From Lingula anatina (taxonomy: Eukaryota; Animalia; Brachiopoda), in NCBI GenBank assembly GCA_051362555.1, contig CM120640.1:65636788-65700787 (forward strand): DNA of 64,000 bases, read 5' to 3'. Both the position numbers and the translations under genes were made by a program. Shown piece by piece: positions 35,211 to 63,805 of this stretch (its first letter is position 1; each line of letters opens with the position of its first letter). The notes under the pieces were generated by a model. That model had not been told where the DNA came from, searched no databases, and saw only the letters and a list, made by a program, of their open reading frames with translations.

Positions 35211-36416
35211 TTAATAGTAAGGTGTGTCTATGGAAAGCTTTTCCACATCCTTTAGTAATTCTCGCTCAAAGTTGTACAAGGATGTATCTATGGGAACAAA
35301 CTTAATGATGTCCAGTTCTTGTAGTTTGGGCTGCCACCTTGGGTCTTCATGCATAGTTAACATTACCTCTGCTATCCTGCTTTTTAACTCCTCTGTAATA
35401 GAAGCAAAATACAAGACAATACTGATCTCTGTATAAAATTGTGTGTAACCGAAGAATGAAAACACTCACTGGGAATCAATAGGACAACATATGACTGTTA
35501 AAGTATATACGAGTCCATGGAGCTAAGAAAAAGACTGACACCACATCAGAGGTATTCAGTTACCATACCTGGCAACCTTGCATTGACCACCATTGGATAC
35601 ACAGACATTGGACCCCAGGTTGTCAAGATGTGAATGGAACTCCGTAGCTCAGGGTTTTTCTTGAGGAAAGCTCGTAAGCAGTTGGAATCTATAGCTGCCA
35701 CATCAACCACACGATCCAATACCATGCGAATGGAGTTCAGGTGGGATCCTAAGGGGAGTAATTTATGAATACCATATTGTTTAAATGTTCCAGCAGTGCA
35801 TTCAGGAATAGATTTTCTCATCTGTTGTATTCTGTATGTTATATTGGCATTGTGTGTGTGCATGTGTGCATGTGTGCATATATATATACACTTCTGGGAA
35901 CAGCCTTGCCATCTTGTTTGCAAGTTTGCTATTATGATTGTCATAACCTACCGACTCAACCTTTTCCATTTGCCCTGTTTGAGCTTATCTACGGGGAACT
36001 GAAAAAAACGAACACTTTTTCTGGCTTCTTCTGTGACTACGCCCAAAGGCGAAGCAGAAAACCGTGTTGACAGCTGTAGTCACTGTTGATAAGACTGCCA
36101 AAACATCGTGCCATATTTAACATGTCCCCAGGAGTGATGAAATTTTGTGGAATCCCGCAAACTTCAGTTCTAACTTCTGTGCCCATAAGTGTCTGACATT
36201 TTCCAACATGCTTTAATTTGTGCATAATTTCTACTTTCTGTTGTAAATCACACTTAATTTACCTGAACAAAATGTGCTAGCAAAAAAACTTGTATTTGTG
36301 CCCATCTTCTTCAGTTGTGATAATACTATGAAGTTTCCACTAAGTGATTCTGAGTCACTATAGCCTAATCTGCGGCCTTTCAGGTCATGGAATTCCTTTA
36401 TACTGGACCTAAAAAA

Positions 36417-36471
<55 letters not shown>

Positions 36472-36631
36472 TTAGTTTAACATTACAATAAATATCTCAT
36501 TAGCAGCTCTGTATCTAAAGCCATTATGTAGAATTTTTTTCCAAACTCAGCAATGCTTTGTTGGTGCATAATAAGTATAAACAACTTCTTACAATTTATA
36601 TTATCATATTGCAACCTCTACTGAATTACAA

Positions 36632-36669
<38 letters not shown>

Positions 36670-37226
36670 ATTTGTAATGCATTATACTAAATCACTAGAC
36701 AGTGGTGTATCTGATTATCATTAACAATTTATTACTAAATGGTTCTGTATATATTCCATTTGAAAGCATACTTGTTATCAGAATGTATAATGACATCTGA
36801 GAAGTAAACTGGTCTGTTTTCTCCCTTGGGATGTACAAATACTGGGGCCACTGGAATATGCTCTATGTATTTGTTCTTACGATCTTGAAGACGGAGAAAA
36901 GATGGACTGCATATAAATCCTATAACAAAATTAAAAGTTTAGTAATAAACAAACAAACATAATAAATAATTCAATTTTTAACTTATTTTATTGACAATAT
37001 CCTACATATGATCAAATGTGCTAATAATAAGAGACATACCAACATCTGCCTCATCTTTGGTAAAAGGATCTGTCCTACTCCGAGGTGGTCCACTCCAGCG
37101 AGATTCATAAATTAGATATGCCTCCCTTTCCAGCTTCTCCTCCAGGTATTGCATGATAGTTTCAAACACTTCAACAGGGACATTGGGGGACAGGTATGTG
37201 ATCATTCTCAGGCTTTTTGCTTCCAT
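35211..37226 (-). CDS. PhnD/phosphate-phosphonate-binding-family (type 2 periplasmic binding fold) protein, 280 aa, 5 coding exons
   Basis: Exons 37226-37040, 36919-36772, 36408-36263, 35748-35569 and 35392-35211 are phase-compatible (843 nt). Motifs ADVGFICS, RPVYFSDVIIH, FHDLKGRRLGYSDSESLSG, GSHLNSIRMVLDRVVDVAAIDS and GPMSVYPMVVNARLPEELKSRI are typical of PhnD-like solute-binding proteins. Confidence 0.85.
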
Positions 37227-37454
37227 TTTATTTGTCCCTGTTGTTGATACAACTAGATTATTATTATTATTATTATTGTTATTATTATTATTATACAGAT
37301 ATGGTGCAAGTATCTTACAAAGGGTAAATGTATCTCAAAGAATTACATGGAAAATTGTACATAAAAGGAGATAGGCCTATTATTTCTTAAAATCAAAATG
37401 CTATGGGCAGATGTTTAATGATTGGGTCTCTAAAGCTGAACCTCTAGCATGTTT

Positions 37455-37487
<33 letters not shown>

Positions 37488-37629
37488 AAATATATTTGTT
37501 AACATGTAAACCTATTCAAGTCACAGCTTACACTGTTCTTAGACTTAGACCATCAGTTTAAAGGGGTAGCATAAATTCGGGAGAGGCCTGAGCACTCCAA
37601 AGTTAACGTTATTCCATAATTCATACTGT

Positions 37630-38320
37630 ACCTGAACTCTCGCTTCAGCAATCAAAATATTAACTTGACTAATCCTCCGAGCACCGTGTATAAAGTGTCG
37701 CGTGTCCCTGTGGAAAGCAAACTATTATTGCTGTAACCACCAGTTACGTTCCTTACTCCTGAGATTCCTCTGTAATATTACATCCCTCGATCATGCCTCG
37801 ATCAGCTGCTCAACACACAATTACTGGTAGTAGCATCGGAGTCTATTTACGGTCACTTTCAAAGACTGTTTAGGGTGTTACAAAGTAATGAATGATGTAC
37901 TAATAAAACACGCATGTGATAAACGTTATATCATTTTATGGATATTGCAAAGAGATTTCTAATTATTGATAAAATTAGGAGATTCTGCTTTAAGAAAAGT
38001 GTACATACAAAAAATGGCATATTTCCCTATCAAATTGTCTCATTTATGTGACGTTATTTCATTGCCATTTTATTTCTTACATTTATAACATTCTGTACGC
38101 TGTATGTGTATACTGTGCATGTTGTTTACTCTTTTGTAATTGTACCCTCAATGTTAAGGTTAACACCAAAATATTCCATTACCACTTAACAAAAATACGC
38201 ATGCGTGCTTTTGCCGGAAATAAATCCCTGGAAGCTAGATCATTGATTGAACTTCTGTATGCTCCATTAACATTGATTGGCTTACTTTTAGTGTATGGAT
38301 GGACACGTATTTCACGTAGG
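37630..38320. promoter_or_regulatory. Probable divergent promoter region for the PhnD-like gene (-) and FAM135A (+)
   Basis: CpG-containing stretch bounded by a minus-strand donor (tacctg ~37629) and a plus-strand donor (tag|gtgtga ~38320). NRF1-like CGCATGCG (~38198) and ETS-like CCGGAA (~38214). Confidence 0.4.
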
Positions 38321-38944
38321 TGTGAATTCTACGTATTTGGGGACATGTTAATTTTACTTTTAAACTTAGTGTTTTGGATTTTAGTGGTTGGATTGTTTAG
38401 TTTTTGAACAGGTCATTTAACTTACTACTACTAGTCTGCTTCAATGCATTCTACAGGTAAATACTACGTTTTCTACCAATACCAGTTTTTCTTTAAAGCA
38501 GCACAGTGAGAAAGTTAACTGGATCTGTTGCTGTAATATACTGTGAAGTGAATGTTTATAAACGACTTGTGACTCCTTCAATGCTTCATCAGATAAATTG
38601 TGACTTTCAAACTTGTGAAAGAGTGTGTAAACTCAGTAACATTTATATTACATGGGTGCAGTTAATATTATTAGCTGTTTAGGATTAATGATAGGGATTA
38701 CATTTTAACATGTAAACATCTTGGTTAACTTGACTTCATGTTAGATGACTCATTTTGTACTATTCATTTTATGCCAGTTAGAATCAAGTGTATGACGGGA
38801 ATAATATGAGATAGGCCAAAGTCTTGTTACTAAGTGTAAAGACAAGCTAGATTTCATGAGATTCTGAGAATGGAATCAGAAATGATGGCAGAAGAGTGAG
38901 TACTGTTTAAGTGCAATCTGTTGCACAACAGTGCAAATTCCTCA

Positions 38945-39058
38945 TGCTACAGGTCACTTATAGCTAAACTAGAGGTCACTAATTGTAGCTATACTACATT
39001 CCACTTATAGCTATACTTGGGTTCACTTATAGCTACACTGCAGGTCACTTATAGCTAA
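38945..39058. repeat. Short degenerate ~22-bp tandem repeat (about 5 units)
   Basis: Recurring ggtcacttatagcta(c/t/a)act. Confidence 0.7.
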
Positions 39059-42000
39059 TAGTAACTCAAGCAAGGTAGTGATTTCTAGAAGGTAGAGATT
39101 TCTAAAAGAAGACACGCTTATATAACAGAGGTGCACAAATACTGAATTATGATTTTAAAGGGGGGGGGGGTGAGAACACATGATGAATGAGGCATCACCA
39201 TATATAGGAACAGTTGCAAATTAAGTCATTTACAATTAAACTGTTATAATTGTTAATGTTTTACAATGAATTATTATAATTATGATAAAAATGCTGATGA
39301 GAAGCTATGAATTCACTTCAAAGTCACTTCAATTTTCTATGGTCATCCTGAACATGGAGATTGTTGTGTTCACTTGATATGTAGCAGCAAAGCAAATAGA
39401 CTATTTATTTATGATTTTTTTTAGATTCACTTTGGACAAACTGGTGTATCTTAAAAAGAAATTGGGATTGCTTGTCATAAATGTTCAAACTTCTATGGAT
39501 TGAAAATCTTATTTCACAATCAAAACATCAATATTGCTCACTGATTCATTTTTAGAATATTTAGTAAATGAATCTACAAGAAGAAAGAAAATGAAGAAAA
39601 TAGAATTCACACAAAGTTATGGAGAACTCTAAATCTCAAGGTTTAATCTCTATAATTTTATTGATATACTAGTATATTATATTGAGAGAGGGTTCCATGG
39701 TAGCGCTATAAAATATGGTATATATATCTTAAGTTAACATCTAAGGTTTACAGTGATATATTAGAAGTTGAAATTTTAAAAGCAGTCATTCTTTCAAAGC
39801 CTTGATGTGCACTTAAACTAGTAGGATTTATGTAAGTAAGTGCTTAGGGATCATTTTACACTGCATGTCTGAACAGTTTCATGTAATCATATTCACTAAA
39901 ACTATTGATATCATTGTGCTGAAATCCCTTCCTCAGTATTGTTGCCTTTCTCAGAAACCCTTCACTCTCTTCTTTTATAAAAAGAACCTCCAATTAAGAA
40001 CATTTATTGATCTTGATATACTGCTCTTGTCATGAATAACATTTGTAGAGATCAGTAAGAATTTGGCAAGGTAATTAAAAGATCATATGTTTGATTTGTG
40101 GAGATCAGTTTATTAAAAGTGTGAGCTATGACGGCAGTGCTATTTCTTTGTTAGCTTGGAAGTTTCAGCATATATTTAAGAAGAGACAGAATGTCAACCT
40201 TTTACTTTGGATCATTATTTAGTCATATGTATGGAAGAGCAAAGATGTATTTTAAGGAATACTGTTCTAGTGCACCTAAAATTTTGCCCTTTAGATTATG
40301 GACTGCAGATGGAAATAAAACTTACCAATCTTGTACTAGTAATTAGAATACTTTACAAAACATATGATACTAATGTTTTCCAGCTGTGATATAAAGTGCT
40401 GTACCATATTGTTCCATACCATGACAAATGGAGCCCTGTGGTTTCAGTTTATCTGTGTCACATGCTCGAACTTCACTTCACATTGTCTTGCACATGGAGG
40501 GCTTTTATCTAATAATACTGGTGTCTTATTTTACATGTGCTTGACAGACATCTTGCAGTGTTACAAAGAAGTTTCTTGGTATTTGATTTTGGTGTGGAGT
40601 ATGACAATTCTAAGGGTTTATATAAGGGTCCAATCACTATAATAAAGCAGGAATATATGCATAGGTAAGGTTTTGACATCAAATATATGGCTTATATTAA
40701 CCAACCCTGACAGTTTGACCAACAGACTTTTGGATTGGATCATTTTGTCAACCTACAGGTATGAACTAAGGCATGGTGGAATTAGTTGCGACGAAGTGGG
40801 TGTTGTTCAGAAGTGTGTTTTTAAAGTAAGTTGACTATGTTTCTTAGGAGCCTATACTGAGCCTTTCTTAAATTTGTGAAAGCTATCAATTAGAAAACTT
40901 AGTTTGTTTTAATTGAAATATTTTTGCCGAAGGTGTTTTGATTTACAAAAGTACCATTTTCCTGAAAAGCATGTATGACTATGTACAAAGAGTAACATGA
41001 GCAATATTTATTACATTCAGTACAGATCTGTACAACTGTGTATGCAGTCCACATCAAAGCAGAATACAAACTAAAACTTACTATGCAGGAGATTACAATC
41101 AAAGAAATAAAACAAGATGCCTTAGAATTAAAAATGGGGACTAAAGTACTGAACATTTTCGCAAGATGATACCACTGTGTAATCAGGGGAATGGGGCTAC
41201 TACAGGTGCTCACTTGTGCAAGGTTAATTACTTAATTTGAATTATCAGTGTAGTAAGTGCACCGTACTTGTAAAGATTTACTTCTTGCCTGCTCTTCATC
41301 TTGTTTAAGTAAGCAGTTAAAGAAGTGCACAAGTCAAAATAAAGTTTATGGTATATTAATATGATTCCTTATTTTCATGTCATTTGATATAGCTTTATCA
41401 TTATGTAGCAATAAAACATTCCATAAGGGGTTTCTTAAGGTTTTTTTCATGCAGCATGCATCTAGTTTGTATCTCAATGTGAACTGAATGGCCAAAACTC
41501 GAAGCTCATTAATTTTGATTGCATATGAGTTGATTGGTAAATAGCATGTTGTTCATACAATAAGACTCTTGATTTGTTAGTCATGGGCAGCACCTGGGAT
41601 CAGTAAGTTTATTGCAATCAAGACATAGTTGCTTTGGATCCTGCCCCTGTTCAAAACCTAGTGCAGAACTAATTGAATCAGGCCTGATGTGACTCTGGTC
41701 TGATGGTGATTAAAAAGATGATTTAGTATATGTGGGAACCTAATGTGAATAATGAATGTGAAAATTGAAATAATAAATGTGAAAAATGGAGATAGATATG
41801 TTTGTCAAGCAAAGCACATGGGGTGAAACCTTTGTTAGTAAAGGTCTTCGGTAAGATAAGATGACAATTTGCTTCATACATCCTGAAGTGAAAATCTATG
41901 CCCTTTATCTCTTTCATAATAAGGAGGGCTAGTTGCTCAAGTTTCATAAATGCCATTAAGTGATGTGAATTCATCATTGATGGTATCAAGTGTTCAGATG

Positions 42001-42164
42001 CAGACAGTCTGTCAGTGTACAGGAATAGTTATATATTTTATGGGCACATCTTTAAAGCTGCTCAATAATTCTGATCCCTGTTAATCACCGTGGCTTGCTT
42101 TTGCATTTATATATCATAATTGATAAACTGTTCAAAATTTTCATCCATTTCAGGCTGACAGAAT

Positions 42165-56977
<14,813 letters not shown>

Positions 56978-57919
56978 ACTCCTGGCCACAACTGGGTGGA
57001 TGCGAGGCTTTCACATAAACTGGACATTACAGCTCAATGTTAGATAACAGGTTGTAGATGTAACAGCTGTGAGAAGACGCGAATGTGGTATTGTACATTA
57101 GAAACTCCCTGTGTTTTAACTTCTTGGGTTGTGTTGACATTACCTCATTAGCATGCACTGATAACCTGTATTGTTACTAATAATAATGGTAGCAAGCACA
57201 ATAGCTTATTTATAATTTATTTTAAATTAACTTTTTGAGAACAAAATCATATTTTCTGACAAAACGTTTATATCATTTTGAGTTAAGCTTTTTCACAGCA
57301 TATTGGCTATCAACATAGTTATTGTAGATTGCAACTATCTTTTGGAGAAAAAAAAAGTGGCCTTATTGTTACATCATCATAGTCTTTCACAGAATGATGT
57401 CCATCAGAACACTGACATTATACAACATTGTGTATATATCATCTTTAAAGTAAGTTTTGAAGGGTATTGCTCAGGTGATTCTGTTCTACTGGATGTATTA
57501 AATGTAGAACACATTGTTTGAAGTGATGTTAAATATATATTTTTGCAGCACAAAATGCAAGCTAGCCTTGTAGCCTTTGTTGAAGCATAAGGTGATCAAA
57601 AAAAGAGGTTTGCTCGTTAGTTATGCATTTTAGGAATAGACGTATTCTTAATCACTGCCTTCAAATGATTACAATTACTAGATTGTTAATAATTATCATC
57701 TAAATCAAAACTATATGTCTATGTAATTGATAAGAGAAGCACACAGTGAAAATGTTTTTGATAACTTTTTTCACCTCTTCTGAAGAATTCTGAAATGTTT
57801 TTCTTACTAATGTAACATATGTATATTATTTTCAGATTTTTTTTACTTTCATCCCATTTGTATTGTGTGATTCTACTCTTTCATTATGGCCATTAATGAC
57901 CAAAATCCTGTGAACTGTT

Positions 57920-58397
57920 ACCATATCTCACAACCTGGTGAGGTCACCCTGGATGCGGGCTGTATCTCACCAGCTGTTTGAGGTCACCTGGATGGGGGCT
58001 GTATTTCACCACCTGGTTGAGGTCACCCTGGATGGGGGCTGTATTTCACCACCTGGTTGAGGTCACCCTGGATGGGGGCTGTATTTCACCACCTGGTTGA
58101 GGTCACCCTGGATGGGGGCTGTATTTAACCACCTGGTTGAGGTCACCCTGGAAGGGGGCTGTATTTCACCACCTGGTTGAGGTCACCCTGGATGGGGGCT
58201 GTATTTCACCACCTGGTTGAAGTCACCCTGGATGGGGGCTGTATTTCACCACCTGGTTGAAGTCACCCTGGATGGGGCTGTATCTCAACACTTGGTTGAG
58301 GTCGCCCTGGATGGGGCTGTATTTCACCACCTGGTTGAGGTCACCCTGGATGGGGCTGTATCTCAACACTTGGTTGAAGTCACCCTGGATGGGGGCA
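57920..58397. repeat. Minisatellite, about 12 x 39-40 bp
   Basis: Unit gtatttcaccacctggttgaggtcaccctggatgggggct in head-to-tail repeats with no spacers. Confidence 0.95.
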
Positions 58398-60334
58398 ACA
58401 GCTGTGATGATCAATTTACAGTCTTTGTGTTGTTTTATGTAATTAATTTGACAATAAGCGAAATCCTTTTTAAATTTGTTTGTGGTGTAAGAATAATGCT
58501 TTTATTATTTTTTGTATATATTTATATATGTATCATCAAAATTTTTGTTTAGTTGCCTCCCCATTCCATGAATCCAAACTTGCCTTTTTATACAGGTGTT
58601 GAAAAGAAAAATCAAACTTTGTAGTATTAACTTTTATACTTATTTATTTATCTTATTTGGATAGACTGAAGATTAACTGGAAGGCTGTGGTATTGTTTGT
58701 TTTTCGTGCTACAATCACCGTACTACAAACATGTCTGTTACTGTTGTGTGAAACTTTTAATATCCTCTCTGCAGTCTTTGTGCTTGTGCAATTTTTGCCA
58801 CATGTAATCATGTCTTATTTGAAAGATGGCTTGCTGTGTAAATATGGCAGGCTTGTCACCATGTAAAGAAGACTATGAAGTAGTTTGTACCAAGTCTAAC
58901 TTATTGAATAAAGTTTGTATTCACAGTAAAATCATACTTTATTGTTACTTAGATCAAACGTGTACTGACATTACAACATGCTTTCTTTTTTAATTCTCTT
59001 TTATTGAGTATTTTAGTTACTTATAAAGATAATAGTAATAATAATAATAATATTAATAATAAAATGATGTTTATTCAATCTAATATGTATTATAAGATAT
59101 TTTGCCATTGCAAAAAGAGAATAAAAGAAGTATAATAGATAAAAACTTAAGGTATTAAGAGAAGTGTACGTTTGCAGGTAAAAATAGGTTCGGCAGATTA
59201 ATAAAAAACTAATTACAAGTATCTTCCTTCCCCTGTAAGTCCGCAGTCTTTTATTGCAGGGTAAAATATAAATAATGTTTGACTGTCTGAAGCAATCTGC
59301 AAACAGCTTACTATTCTGTAGGCCCTATGGACGGCAAAGATGGTTTGGATACTATTTCTTTTTAAGGTGGTCAAATGCGTGAGTTGGACCAGAAATGAGG
59401 TTTCAAAGAAGGCTTACTTTGGTGTTATATTCCAAAACCTGCCATGTACGAAAGAGTACTCTGTGACAGTGTTTAGTTCCCATTAATTGATAAGGGTAAG
59501 CACCGTCCTCAATTTTTACCAACTCACGTCACGCCAACCCTAACCTGCATGAATCTAATAGAAGGCGGACCCTAACCTAGACTACCACATGCACAGTAGA
59601 AGTTGACAGTCCACGCACTAAAAACAGCTGTGACGCCAAACCCAACTCGGGGGTATCCGTAACCTAGTGGGTGCTGAGGCATAGTGTGCTTTACCGATCA
59701 GTAAAGAAGACGATGAATTTTGTGACACTTCCTGCAGGTCAAAAGAATGTAACGTCAGTTCTTTCGAATATGTTAAACTGACATCGGTTTCTGTGAAAAA
59801 TAATAACAAATCTCGGTCCTTTACAAGTCATACGAAGCCAAAGGAACGTCTCATTACCATCAAGCTAATCATTACATCCGCCTATTTATACACATACACA
59901 CACACACATATATCATATAATCGTATGAACAACAGAGTATGTTTACACGTTATTTTTTCCATTGTTTCTTTTGGATGACCTTACTACAGCGTTTTTGGGG
60001 GTAAATTGTCATTGTCGCTTGCAGAAGTTTTTCGATCAACAGAGTGGCTATATCAGCACAATTCTTAGGTATTAGGTAGCTTTAGATAAAAGGACTACAG
60101 GGCGATGCTTCGACATCTTTATGGTGTGGTTCGGATTTCATCACCAAAAATATAGAATAAGGATTCCCTTCAATGGATTCCTATTTTTGATATTGCAGAT
60201 TAACTATAAGGCCTACACTTATTTATGTGGATTTCACCATTTAATTTTGTTCTATTTACCGTGACAGTCAAAATAAACTTTGGGAACAACTTAACGCTTA
60301 AGAAACAATGTGGTCCCTGATAAACATCAAAATT

Positions 60335-63300
60335 TTAATCTGCCTGTGTCTTTGGTTTGATGATGTAGTCTGGATCAGCTTTGCTTCTCCACTCAGTCCA
60401 ACTCCCCTGAAAGAAAATAGTGAGCAAACAGTTTAATATTCAAATATTTAAATATTTAAATAAAAATGATAATTAAGCTTTTCTGTTCTAATTTTTGCGT
60501 TTGTTTGTTTGTTTGTTTGTTTTTAATTAGGTTAACATGCAAACAATCGTACATTTACATACTTCGTACAAGTTAGATCGACTCGCAAATGAATTAATCC
60601 AAAAAGCGGTGTCAGATTGCAGTATCTGCACTATTTGTTTGGATGTTGTATATTAAGGCTGATATTTCAGGCCTGAACAATTGTTATCACTCAACATTAT
60701 TCAATGGTATCTACTTAATTACATCCTAAATTTTGGTCATTATATTTGTGTTTGTCATTTATAACTTGCTTTCGTGTGTGAATGAAGGGACCAGAATTGT
60801 GAACAATTTCAAAAAGGAGGTACCATATAGACAGCCAGGTCGTTCATGCCGCATATGTGGGCCGCCATGAGCAGACTGCATGCTGTCATCCCTGTGTTGC
60901 ATGATGCCACCAGGGGCTGGTCCAACTTTGTCCCGGACTCCTGCAACACTATAGAATAAGACGATAGAATAACAAAGTATATGTGAAATAAGAACTTGTC
61001 ATTTTTTTATGTAATGAAGTTTACTGTTATTCGTTTCAAATACTTGAAGTAATGCAAGACGCTGCAATAGACGAATAAAAGAACATGCCAACACAATAGG
61101 ACAGAATAGGTGTGTGCGCAAAAAGTAGGCCAATGCCCTGGTCCAGAACACTATTTTACGCAGGAAAAAATACAAATACTTGGATTTTGTTTCATTTACA
61201 TATCTACCTAGTGAGTTAGACGTTAAGACTCTTAATGACATGATAGAAACTTGTTGATAAAGCACAATGTAAGTAAATTTCAACGTTTCCACTTCAGTGC
61301 ACCGCTTGCATGACTCGTTATATTGTTGTCATTGTATTGTCAGTCGACTTGTGATTATAGGCTCACGTTCATAAACCCGAAGACAGACGCTTCTTTTTGA
61401 AAACTTTTTGTGAGTAGTCTTTTTGTTTGATTCAGACCATATGCAGTTGGGTTGCAAACGATAGGCGTAAATCATCAGGTACTTATCAACCTGCATCATG
61501 ATTGTGGCAATAACCAGTTTCAATAACCATTGGCAAACATGATTAAGTTTGACCCTTATTTGCACCTTTCTTATCTCAGTAGAATGTTGAGTTACATATT
61601 TTGAGGCCATTAAACGCCCGAAACTGCTCTTATATTTTTTATAATAACTTACGCCGAAGGAGTTCTTCCTTTTTCTTGAAGGTATGGCTCTCCTGGTCTA
61701 TTAAGTCGTCCATTGGGATGTTGAACGAGCCTGGTATGTATCCTCCAACATAACCTAAGAAACATTTACAATTTTAGGGCATACTGTTGAGACATACTAA
61801 ATACACCCTTAATCTATAAATATAAGATTTAGAATAAAAGGTAGAAGATCTATCATATCGGTTTATATTGTAGTATATGAGGGCACTGTGCCTGGCCCGA
61901 AGACAACCATTTTGGTTTAAAAAGCCATAGCTACATGCTTTGTACGCGCGTTGCCGCATATAATAGGCCTATTGCCCGTATAATACTTAGTGAGGCATCC
62001 GCGCTGGGGGCAAGCGGTGGCCGTGCAAATGTGACCATACTAGGGTCAAGGTGTTGGTACTTACTCCCCCCTGATGTGTTAAGATATTGGCCTCTTGGCC
62101 GGGAATCCCCAAGTTGTTCCTTTTTTGTTGATATTATTGACTTTATATCATCAAAAGACCGAAGTAGTTCAGGTTTCTGTTTAACACTAAAGTTGCCTCT
62201 CTGTAATATAAAAAAAAACTTTGTTCAGATGTCTTGTTTTAACATTCAATTCATTTGAAAATCAATGTAATGTATAAGAAACCTGGGCTTGAAATAAAAA
62301 AAGATGATGGCTGAAGAACATATCGAGTTAAAACGTTTTAAATGACGCTGCAACACGGATGCCTTTTCCAGAAATTTGGATAAACCATTAACAGTATCAA
62401 TATCGGGTACCTTCACATTCATAACGTCTGTAGTTGTGGCATGGTTGTCCTTTTTCCATTTGGTTAATCCTCCGTCTAATACGGACACCTTGTCATGACC
62501 AAATATCTACATCAAAGAAAGGATCACATATTGATGTCACACGAAGTATCTTCTACTTAGATGTAAATGTTTTAGCACTCTTTACATTCAAACGTGCGAC
62601 TCTGTACAGGTACAGGTATTCACTGAGACAAGTATGGCAGTCTTAACTTTTTTCATCTCAATCAAGTACAATCATGAGGAAAAGCAGAAGAGGTAGGGTG
62701 ACAGAAAAGCCTTAAGTCTACTGCAAACATATATTAAATAACCTCAGGTGAGGAACACGTTTCAAGGTCAAACTTCAAATAAGTTTATAGTTTACTGATA
62801 ATCTTTTTTTTTTTGTTATCATTTATTAATTTTTTAAAGGAGGCGATGCACTTCGCTTAAAATTAAAATCATATTTCCAAATTTGATTGAGAAATAACTA
62901 GCAGCTAGATATACTGTGGTCAGTCGATCTACTGCTTAAGGTACTTATGTAAAGAAAACAAAAAGACCCACTGTGAACATTTCTCTTGTTAACACGATTT
63001 TCAGAGAATATGCGCAAATATAATGAAATCATTTGCGGTCTCTGTCAATATTTATATGTTTAGCGAAAGATACTAATATTGACCATACTTTAGCTAAGAT
63101 GGCAATATGGTCTTTTCCAGATGACAGCGAATTTTGTCAAATGTAAGAAACTGTTCTTGAATCATTAAAAAAGAAGTTGTCGAAAAAAAGTGCCCCTTGT
63201 TTCTATAACCCCTGTATCCAGCCACGAATTTTCAGCCGAATGTTGGAATCTTGAGATCAGTTAGCCAATCAGAGGGTCAGTAACAGAACATTTAATTTAT

Positions 63301-63805
63301 ACAAAATCGCTTTACCTTAAACATCCACCACACTCTACAAGCGACATAAAACCCGTGTTTTCCTCCGACATTATTGTCGTATACTATCACGTGTGTATCA
63401 TCATCAATCCCGAGAATGCGGGCTTGTTCCTGGAATGCTTCAGCACTGGGGAGATTTCTGGGAAAATGCGGGGTGTTTTCTACTCCATACATTAAATCAA
63501 AATACAGGCTGCCTGGAATATGTTCCCTGAAAAAATATGGTCCATTGGTTAGGATTCATGGTGATAATCGCACAAAAAATTAATAACACGTATTGAGAAT
63601 TGCGTGCACCTGACATCGTCTCATGGTGTCTACTTGGACTTTCTCTGGATATACTAAAAATGACTTACTTGTAATAATCAGCCCGTGTGTTTTTATCACT
63701 ACTCCACGATACATCTAAAAGCCTGAACTCCTTGGAATTTTCCTCTTGTATCTTTGTCAAGTTATTCTGCAGCCACTCAGTTGTGATCAGGGTAGGGAGA
63801 GCCAT
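60335..63805 (-). CDS. Two-domain rhodanese sulfurtransferase (MPST/TST family), 7 coding exons
   Basis: MALPTLITTEWLQ...RLLDVSW (63805-~63669); EHIPGSLYFDL...NLPSAEAFQEQARILGIDDDTHVIVYD...RVWWMFK (~63526-63317); IFGHDKVSVLDGGLTKWK; QLGDSRPRGQY; GYIPGSFNIP; PLVASCNTGMTACSL; final exon GSWTEW...QAD stop (60406-60335). Confidence 0.92.

Noticed and set aside
38400-42100. Long AT-rich stretch with several 60-120 aa ORFs
   Set aside because: The translations are low-complexity with no exon chain. It is most simply the 5'UTR introns of FAM135A.
57920-58397. CRISPR-like appearance of 40-bp repeats, and the ORFs at 58217-58552
   Set aside because: The repeats are contiguous with no unique spacers, there are no cas genes, and the context is eukaryotic. 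It is a minisatellite, and the ORFs are repeat artefacts.
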